From NCBI GenBank assembly GCA_020637495.1, contig JACJVV010000001.1, positions 366,232 to 430,231 of the forward strand: a stretch of DNA of 64,000 nucleotides, given 5' to 3'. The first letter of the stretch is position 1; each line of letters begins with the position of its first letter. The translations under genes were made by a program, and so were the position numbers. The notes beneath the pieces were generated by a model. That model made no database searches, was not told the DNA's origin, and saw only the letters and a list, made by a program, of their open reading frames with translations. Source of the DNA: Candidatus Woesearchaeota archaeon. GTDB taxonomy: Archaea > Nanobdellota > Nanobdellia > Woesearchaeales > JACJVV01. Positions 57,144 through 64,000 of this stretch are shown here, piece after piece.

Positions 57144-58216
57144 CTTACTCTTCTCAGGTGATTCTCAATAATCTTATAGTCATAAGATGTATCTTTTACT
57201 ACATTCTTCCATAACTTGATATTACTAAGCTTGTTTGGATTATCTCTTAGCAATTCCACTTTCAAGAATGGACATCTGAATTCCTCTATCAATTCCTTCC
57301 AGAAGAAATGGCTTGGGTTGACAAAAAATCTTCTCATATGCATCTTAAGCTTAAGATCTGAGAACTTGTATGCGAATTCTGATACCTCTTCATACTTACA
57401 TAATGCTCCTACTGTGAAACCATATCTTTGCATAAATTTTGTTATTCCAATCTCATATTTTATTATCAGCCTTCGTTTATTCTTAATATCTTCAATATTT
57501 TCCATAAACTCCATCAGTTTTCTTACTGTTCTTCTCTTGAAGACTAGAAAGTAGCTTTGTAGATGATGGCTTATCTCGTAAGAATCTGTTATACCCCAAA
57601 CATCAAACTCTTGCATCTTCTTCATGATTTCATCAAGGCCAAATAAAGGCCCATATACGCTATCATTGGCAAGAATAATGTTATCGTATCCACTAATATC
57701 CGTATTTGCAATCCCACAATACCAGCTTCCGAAATCCCTTCCAGTATTCTCCCTTAGGATTATTTTAGAGCAGTATACGCTTGCCTTCTTAATGCTATTA
57801 TTATCAATATTTTTGCATGTGCTTATCAAGATTATATCTGTGCCAATCTCATGTAGTTTTCTGATGTAATATATCACATGATCATCTATCTTGTTGTCAA
57901 CATCATAATGTGCAAAAAAGCAGATGTTATTTCTTTTTATCTGTTCCTGTTCTGATCCATAGGACCTGATATATCCTTCTGCTATCTTTTTTCTCTTTAT
58001 CTCAAGCCCGCTGCTAAATCTTACGAATATATTCTTTATCATCCTCAAAGGAGCAGTAAGCTTCCATGACGTGGAATTAAATATCTGCTCTACAGTTGAG
58101 TTCATCTGATATAATTCCTGCATAAGTGTTCTATTCCTATTTGAGAGTTCCTTATTCCTCTTCTTAAGCTCTGCAAGCTCTCTCTTTGTCTTATTATCTA
58201 CCACTTTTCTCCTCAT
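57140..58216 (-). CDS. Rhamnan-synthesis RgpF-like glycosyltransferase (tentative)
   Basis: N-terminal coiled coil and a C-terminal region resembling the RgpF family; position directly upstream of wzt/wzm supports this. Confidence 0.35.
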   Translation of the reverse strand: MRRKVVDNKTKRELAELKKRNKELSNRNRTLMQELYQMNSTVEQIFNSTSWKLTAPLRMIKNIFVRFSSGLEIKRKKIAEGYIRSYGSEQEQIKRNNICFFAHYDVDNKIDDHVIYYIRKLHEIGTDIILISTCKNIDNNSIKKASVYCSKIILRENTGRDFGSWYCGIANTDISGYDNIILANDSVYGPLFGLDEIMKKMQEFDVWGITDSYEISHHLQSYFLVFKRRTVRKLMEFMENIEDIKNKRRLIIKYEIGITKFMQRYGFTVGALCKYEEVSEFAYKFSDLKLKMHMRRFFVNPSHFFWKELIEEFRCPFLKVELLRDNPNKLSNIKLWKNVVKDTSYDYKIIENHLRRVR

Positions 58217-58979
58217 TCTTTATCATAGCCAGATATTTATCCACTACCGTGTTGATCTTACCCTGCCCTATGACCTTACCATTCTCTAGAAGGATACCTT
58301 TATCGCAAAATTGTTTCATAACATTATAATCATGACTGACTAGGATTATTGTCTTACCTTGTTTCTTAAATCTCCTGAACACCTCATAACATTTATCCTG
58401 GAATTTTATATCTCCTACAGCTAGTGCTTCATCGACCAGAAATATCGGAGCATAAGATTGGATTGCTACAGAAAATGCCAATCTGACCTGCATTCCCGAT
58501 GAATAGTTCTTGAGCTTCTGGTCAATGAACCTCTCAAGCTCTGAGAATTCAAGTATATCTTTCAGCTTATCATCAATCTCTTTCTTAGTCAAACCAAGAA
58601 CTGCCCCATATAGATAAACATTGTCCCTTCCTGATAGCTCACCATTGAAGCCTACACCTAATTCAAGGAATGGCGAGATATCCCCTTTGATATTTATCTC
58701 ACCGCTATCTGGATGATAAATTCCTGCAAGAAGTTTTAGTAGTGTGCTCTTTCCTGAACCGTTCCTACCTATTATGCCAACAAATTCACCTTCTTTAATC
58801 TCAAAGCTGATATCATCTACCGCATAAAAAGTCTCAAATGTTTTTCTTCTAAATAAATTGATCAATGTAACCTTAAGTGAATCTGTCTTCTCGTGCGGTA
58901 TCACAAATCTTTTCTTGACATTTCTTATCTCAATCATGCTCTTATTCATTTTATCTTCCCGATTAAAGCTCCTCTGCAA
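58194..58979 (-). CDS. wzt: Polysaccharide-export ABC transporter ATP-binding protein (Wzt/TagH-like)
   Basis: Walker A GRNGSGKST, signature YSSGMQVRLAFSVA, Walker B FLVDEALAVGD. Confidence 0.85.
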   Translation of the reverse strand: MQRSFNREDKMNKSMIEIRNVKKRFVIPHEKTDSLKVTLINLFRRKTFETFYAVDDISFEIKEGEFVGIIGRNGSGKSTLLKLLAGIYHPDSGEINIKGDISPFLELGVGFNGELSGRDNVYLYGAVLGLTKKEIDDKLKDILEFSELERFIDQKLKNYSSGMQVRLAFSVAIQSYAPIFLVDEALAVGDIKFQDKCYEVFRRFKKQGKTIILVSHDYNVMKQFCDKGILLENGKVIGQGKINTVVDKYLAMIKNEEKSGR

Positions 58980-59721
58980 ATCTTAATGATCTTTTATTGA
59001 ATATCAATATACTAATAACTAGGATAATTATTATCACAATAGTTGTTATTAAAGTCTCTATAGGTGAAAATCCCACATTGTAAATTATAACATTCCTTGA
59101 GTTCGTAATAATATTTGCTAATGGGTTTAGAAATATTATATCTTTCAAGTATGCAGGGATGCTTGCAACCGGATAGATAATAGGTGTTGCCCAAAAGCCA
59201 ATCTGTAGCAATACTTCCCAGATATGCTTAATGTCTCTGAATTTTAGATAGAAAGCCCCTAGGAAGAATGATACCCCTAATGCCATTAATAATAATTGCA
59301 GCATGAATATCGCAAAGAAAAAGAGATTCCAACTAGGCTTGATTCCTGCAATTATGATAAATATTACCAGGACTACTAGGTTGAGGATAAGACTCAATAA
59401 TGAAGTCAAATTTGATGCAACAAGTATTATCCATTTCGGGAAATTGATTTTTGAGATCAGAGACGACTTGTATTGCATTGACGTCATCCCATTCGTAGTC
59501 GCTTCAACGAAATATGTCCATAAAATTATTCCCAATAGCAAATATAGCTGATAGTATTCTATATTATCAAACCTTATTATCAAAGAGAATACGACATATA
59601 GCAGCATGAACATAAGTAATGGGTTCAGAAGGCTCCATAAGTAGCCCAGGATCGAATTATTATACCTAAGTTTGAAATCAGTAATAGATAATTCTTTGAT
59701 AAGGAACCAGTAATTTTTCAT
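58963..59721 (-). CDS. wzm: ABC-2 type polysaccharide-export permease (Wzm-like)
   Basis: Six TM helices with an ABC-2 family pattern; overlaps wzt by 17 nt. Confidence 0.75.
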   Translation of the reverse strand: MKNYWFLIKELSITDFKLRYNNSILGYLWSLLNPLLMFMLLYVVFSLIIRFDNIEYYQLYLLLGIILWTYFVEATTNGMTSMQYKSSLISKINFPKWIILVASNLTSLLSLILNLVVLVIFIIIAGIKPSWNLFFFAIFMLQLLLMALGVSFFLGAFYLKFRDIKHIWEVLLQIGFWATPIIYPVASIPAYLKDIIFLNPLANIITNSRNVIIYNVGFSPIETLITTIVIIIILVISILIFNKRSLRFAEEL

Positions 59722-59826
59722 GAAAACCCCCTAAATAAGTTTTAAGTCATTGAGATTTTTAAATGTTGCTGTAAATAGATTGATCCTCATGATAAATGAT
59801 ATAAATATCTCACTTTATACTCAGAT

Positions 59827-60552
59827 ATGAAAGATGTAACAATCATCATAGTCACATATAACTCAGCAGCCCATATCACTGATTGCTTGAATTCTATCAA
59901 GGGTCAAAAAGTAATCATTGTTGACAACAATTCAACTGATGATACTATCGATATCTGTTCAAATTCCGATGCAGTTCTTATAGAAAACCCTTGTAATCTT
60001 GGATATGCGAAGGCAGTAAACATAGGACTAAAGAAAGTAAAGACCAAATATGCATTGCTGATAAATCCAGATGTCTTAATTGAAGTTAAGGCAATAAAAG
60101 AGATGATCAGATTCATGGCTAAGAATCCAGATTGTGACATACAAGGTCCAAAATTAATCAATAACCGCGGTAAGCTTCTTTATTCATGTCATCGTTTTCC
60201 AACTTTCAATTCACTTCTTGGGAGGAGATTAGGCCTATTCAAGCGTGATGTTAAAAAGTATCTGATGAAGGATTTTGATCATGAAACTGCAATAAAAGTT
60301 GATTGGGTATCAGGCGGCTGTATGCTTTTCAGGACAGCGATATGCATGGATGAACGTTATTTCTTATATTTTGAGGATGTTGATCTATGCGTCGGAAGAA
60401 ATGTGTATTATAATCCTAAAGCAATAGCCATCCATGAAGCGCAACGTCAGTCTGCTAGAAATATTGTGCTTTTCATTGTCCATTCAATTAGCTACCTGAA
60501 GTTCAGGACAAAGCACGCAAAGGTTTATAAAAAATTAGTCGCTGATTATTGA
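59827..60552 (+). CDS. Glycosyltransferase family 2 (rhamnosyltransferase-like)
   Basis: VTIIIVTYNSAAHI...IIVDNNSTDDT GT-A N-terminus. Confidence 0.75.
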   Translation: MKDVTIIIVTYNSAAHITDCLNSIKGQKVIIVDNNSTDDTIDICSNSDAVLIENPCNLGYAKAVNIGLKKVKTKYALLINPDVLIEVKAIKEMIRFMAKNPDCDIQGPKLINNRGKLLYSCHRFPTFNSLLGRRLGLFKRDVKKYLMKDFDHETAIKVDWVSGGCMLFRTAICMDERYFLYFEDVDLCVGRNVYYNPKAIAIHEAQRQSARNIVLFIVHSISYLKFRTKHAKVYKKLVADY

Positions 60553-60553
60553 T

Positions 60554-61549
60554 ATGACTCCGTATTCAGTGTTAGCATTATTATTCAGTTTTCTTTTCAC
60601 ATCGTACCTTATACCTAAGTGGATCTATCGTGCAAAAAAAGCAAAACTAGTTGGAAAAGATGTTCATAAGTTAGGCTCTAAGAAAGTCGCAGAAGTTGGA
60701 GGTCTTCCAGTGATCTGCGGTTTTACAGGCGGGTTATTAGTTTATATCGCATTCAAAGTATTCATATTCAACGATAACAGTTCAATAGCAGCGATATTCG
60801 CAGCTATAATGGCCATATCAACAGCAGCCGTGATCGGCTTTGTTGATGATCTATTGGGATGGAAAATAGGGCTACGGCAATTTCAGAAGGCAATATTGTC
60901 ATTAGGGATTGCAATACCAATAGTTGTTATCAACGCAGGTTCATCTGTCATGAATTTTCCTTTTGTAGGATATGTTGATTTTGGATTGATATATCCATTA
61001 GTGCTAATCCCTTTAGCGATTGTCTTTACTTCCAATGCATTTAATATGGTTGGAGGTTTCAATGGCCTAGAAGCTGGGATGGGGATAATATTGCTTACAT
61101 CCATGGCATATATGACTTTCATTCTTGGACATTATTGGGTTGCTATCATGGGTGCTTCAATGGTCGCTGCTCTGCTTGGTTTTATGCTATTCAATTGGTA
61201 TCCTGCAAAAATCTTCCCAGGAGATACATTAACATATTCTGTCGGTGCATTATTCGGCATAATGGCCATCATGGGAAATATCGAAAAATTTTCTGTCATA
61301 CTCTTCTCACTCTACATTCTTCAATTCTTCTTGAAACTTAGGGGTATGATGCAGAAGGAATCGTTTGTTGGTGTCAAAAAGAATGGTACACTTAAAATAC
61401 CTAAGAAAGCATATGGGATTGAGCATCTAGCGGTCATTATCCTAAGCAGATTGACAAAAGAAGTGACTGAGCGGAAGGTTGTGGTTAGCTTATTATCGGT
61501 TCAAGTATCAATAGCTCTTATTACAATAGCATATTTTAGTTGCTGTTAA
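60554..61549 (+). CDS. Polyprenyl-phosphate N-acetylhexosamine-1-phosphate transferase (MraY/WecA/AglH family, GT4)
   Basis: Polytopic; IGFVDDLLGWK and NAFNMVGGFNGLEAG motifs of the polyprenyl-phosphate sugar-phosphotransferase family. Confidence 0.75.
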   Translation: MTPYSVLALLFSFLFTSYLIPKWIYRAKKAKLVGKDVHKLGSKKVAEVGGLPVICGFTGGLLVYIAFKVFIFNDNSSIAAIFAAIMAISTAAVIGFVDDLLGWKIGLRQFQKAILSLGIAIPIVVINAGSSVMNFPFVGYVDFGLIYPLVLIPLAIVFTSNAFNMVGGFNGLEAGMGIILLTSMAYMTFILGHYWVAIMGASMVAALLGFMLFNWYPAKIFPGDTLTYSVGALFGIMAIMGNIEKFSVILFSLYILQFFLKLRGMMQKESFVGVKKNGTLKIPKKAYGIEHLAVIILSRLTKEVTERKVVVSLLSVQVSIALITIAYFSCC

Positions 61550-62505
61550 TCTTTCTTACTAATGTCTAATCCATATGCTTTAAATGTAGACTTAATCATG
61601 TCAGAAATCTTCTTCTTGGGATTCCAATTGAGCATCCTTTTTGCTTTTCTGTTTGATGCTACAAGGATACCAGGGTCACCAGCTCTTCTAAGACCAAATT
61701 TGTATCTGAACTTTTTGCCTGATACTCTCATGAATTCATTAACAAGTTCCATCACACTGAAGCCTTTGCCTGTGCCAAGATTCAAAGCTCCATTATAATC
61801 TGTTCTGAGAGCAAGTATATGGGCATCAACCAGGTCATTGACATCAACATAATCTCTTATGCAAGTGCCATCTTTTGTCTTATAGTCTTTTCCAAAAATT
61901 GTAAGGCACTCTCTTTTTCCTGACATAACTTCAAGAATCACAGGGAATATATTCAGTGCGTTGGGGTCAATATAATCAAGTCCGCCATCTCCTGCGACAT
62001 TGAAATATCTTAAAGCTACATAATCAATATTATGAATCTTGTGATACCATTCAATAGTCTTCTCCATTGCAAGTTTTGTATACCCATAAAAATTTATAGG
62101 TTCAAGAGGATGCGATTCTGTTATTATCTTTGTCTTTGGCATACCATACACTGCTGCACTAGATGAGAATATTATCTTCTGTACTTTATATTTGACCATT
62201 ATATTAAGAAGGTTGGTCATGCCAACAATATTATCAGAATATTTCACAGCATTTTCCATTGATTCTCCAACTGCTTTATATGATGAAAAATGGATTACAG
62301 CATCAAACTTGTGTTTCTTGAAGACTTTCTCAAGAGAACTCTTATCAACAAGATCAACCTTATAGAATTCTGCCTTCTTATCAACTAGTTCTCTTTTTCC
62401 TTTTGAGAGATTGTCAATCACTACTACGGATTCTTTCTTCCTGATCAACTCTTTGACTGCAACACTGCCAATATATCCGGCTCCACCAGTTACTAAAATC
62501 TTCAT
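61546..62505 (-). CDS. galE: UDP-glucose 4-epimerase
   Basis: TGGAGYIGS and a catalytic YGYTK (YxxxK); 319 aa, typical of GalE. Confidence 0.8.
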   Translation of the reverse strand: MKILVTGGAGYIGSVAVKELIRKKESVVVIDNLSKGKRELVDKKAEFYKVDLVDKSSLEKVFKKHKFDAVIHFSSYKAVGESMENAVKYSDNIVGMTNLLNIMVKYKVQKIIFSSSAAVYGMPKTKIITESHPLEPINFYGYTKLAMEKTIEWYHKIHNIDYVALRYFNVAGDGGLDYIDPNALNIFPVILEVMSGKRECLTIFGKDYKTKDGTCIRDYVDVNDLVDAHILALRTDYNGALNLGTGKGFSVMELVNEFMRVSGKKFRYKFGLRRAGDPGILVASNRKAKRMLNWNPKKKISDMIKSTFKAYGLDISKKD

Positions 62506-62677
62506 AATCCACTTTTAGAAAACAGGGTATTTATATTTTTCCTTTGTTTCATAGCATGCAGGTATTATCACTTCTATATCTCTACTTTTTTGTGCCTAAA
62601 AATGACTCTTAGAAATGGCTTAAATCATATTCAAATCTATCAAAAAGTATATATATGAGCTCTCTTTTAAAAATACC

Positions 62678-63439
62678 ATGGCATCTAAGGATTTCAACTT
62701 ATCAATGGACGATTATATCAGTACAAGAAGGGACAAAAAGTCACTCTTTTTTGAAACTAAGAAACGAAATGATGAGATGGATGATGAAGTGCCTTCAGGA
62801 GTAAGTTCAGACTCAGTATACATCATCAAGAAGCCGAAAACCTTCTGGAACAAGCTGATGGAGAAATTTTCAGGTACAGAAGAAGAAGATTTTCAGGAAA
62901 GATCCAAAGAAGAAAGCGTTGAGGTATCCAAGGAGTCAGAGCAGGTATTTGAACAGGAATATGATGAGATAAAGCAGGAAGAGAAGAAAGGATTCTTGAG
63001 CTGGCTTTCAGGCATATTCTCAAGCAAAGTAAATGAGACATATGAAGATATAGACCAACAGGAGATGCTTGAAGAGAAGAGCACCTTTGATGGGGCAGAC
63101 ATACAGAGGGATTCGGAGCAGATGACATTAGAACAAACACAGGAGCCTGAAGCTGAAAAGAAAGGACTTTGGGAAAGCATATTGAGCTTCTTCGGTCTAG
63201 GCATAGACAAGGAAGATGATGGAGAAAGTGATGAAGAGAATGTCCAAGAATCGATTGAGAAGATCAATACATCTGAAGAGCTTGAATCAATGAAAAAAGA
63301 TTTCAAGGAAATAGCTGTAATATCTACTGCTGCCTTCAAGAAACTGCCTAAGGAGCAATTTGAACTTTTCAAGAAATCGTCTGATTTCGCAAAGTTCAAA
63401 GAGATACTAAAGAAACATGAGATAATACGCGAGAAATAG
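62678..63439 (+). CDS. Acidic (E/D-rich) hypothetical protein
   Basis: Low-complexity, Glu-rich ORF; no motif recognised. Confidence 0.35.
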   Translation: MASKDFNLSMDDYISTRRDKKSLFFETKKRNDEMDDEVPSGVSSDSVYIIKKPKTFWNKLMEKFSGTEEEDFQERSKEESVEVSKESEQVFEQEYDEIKQEEKKGFLSWLSGIFSSKVNETYEDIDQQEMLEEKSTFDGADIQRDSEQMTLEQTQEPEAEKKGLWESILSFFGLGIDKEDDGESDEENVQESIEKINTSEELESMKKDFKEIAVISTAAFKKLPKEQFELFKKSSDFAKFKEILKKHEIIREK

Positions 63440-63450
63440 TCTTTAGAAAA

Positions 63451-64000
63451 ATGAGATTCTTAATGAGATCTTTAAACACTAGTATTATTTTTCTGTTATT
63501 ATTGATAGCTATCTCCATAATACCTTCTGCATTAGCTGATATAACCCTGCATAATATAGATGAAGAGTATTATCTCGGAGAAGAGCTTATCGTGAATACA
63601 ACAATAGAGAGCGATAAGGACCTGTATGGTTTCTTGTCATTGAGCCTTGTGTGCCCTGATACCAGTTTTGAATATTTCAGGATACCTATGGTACTTGATG
63701 AAGATGTATCTGTCAAAGTTGAATCTGAACCTCTTATCCTATCTAGGAAAATAACAAAATCGGATAAGTGCAGCGTCCTAGCTAAATTCAGCGACCAGGA
63801 GAATGATGTCATATTTGATGAGAGATCAGACAAATTTGCAATAAATTCAGGTTTTGAGTTTGGTGTTTCTGTTAATGAAAGAGTTTTTGCTCCTGGAAAT
63901 ACATTGAAAGCAGACATAACAGTATATGTTCCTGGCGAGACAATTAGGAAGATGAATCTTGATATCATCCTTGGGAAGAAGTTGACAAGTTATGAGCTAA
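63451..64000 (+). CDS. Secreted hypothetical protein, 3'-truncated by the window end
   Basis: ATG at 63451 followed by a signal peptide (LNTSIIFLLLLIAISIIPSALA); the frame stays open to position 64000. Confidence 0.4.
   Translation, partial: MRFLMRSLNTSIIFLLLLIAISIIPSALADITLHNIDEEYYLGEELIVNTTIESDKDLYGFLSLSLVCPDTSFEYFRIPMVLDEDVSVKVESEPLILSRKITKSDKCSVLAKFSDQENDVIFDERSDKFAINSGFEFGVSVNERVFAPGNTLKADITVYVPGETIRKMNLDIILGKKLTSYEL

Overview
The window is a very AT-rich archaeal chromosomal segment, most likely from a small-genome DPANN-type archaeon. The lineage call rests on an archaeal ribosomal/RNA-polymerase operon (S13-S4-S11-RpoD-L18e-L13-S9-RpoN), RadA, a Hef helicase-nuclease, eukaryotic/archaeal-type TrpRS and TyrRS, LeuRS, Trm1 and Upp. 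Non-coding genes are an SRP (7S) RNA with a helix-8 GGAA/AGCAGC motif and a tRNA-Trp(CCA) followed by two tandem ~81-bp repeats that each end with a copy of the tRNA 3' end. Three parts stand out.

(1) A DNA-repair neighbourhood at 1-5.5 kb: YdjM/DUF457-like, PC4-like, RadA, TRAM, Hef and an MBL hydrolase, preceded by three direct repeats plus a palindrome.

(2) A ~16-kb cell-surface locus at 29.5-45.7 kb. It holds two paralogous membrane-anchored proteins, a MacB-type ABC ATPase with two FtsX permeases and a secreted partner, a 1605-aa secreted giant made of ~15 Cys/Asp-rich MopE-like 'CxDGxDNDxDG' modules, a CARDB-like anchored protein and a 1062-aa polytopic, sequon-rich membrane protein. 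It ends at the tRNA-Trp.

(3) An ABC-transporter-dependent, rhamnose-type glycan cluster at 49.6-62.5 kb (Ugd, RmlA/C/D, epimerases, GT2 x2, GT-C, RgpF-like, Wzm/Wzt, a GT4-family phosphosugar transferase and GalE).

Other notable items are an orphan class I-alpha (AroG-like) DAHP synthase, a presenilin-like A22 protease, an S2P/M50-like protein with a degenerate active site, tandem HAD paralogues, and several duplicated promoter-proximal repeats. All calls rest on motifs I recognised by eye in the sequence; no database search was run.
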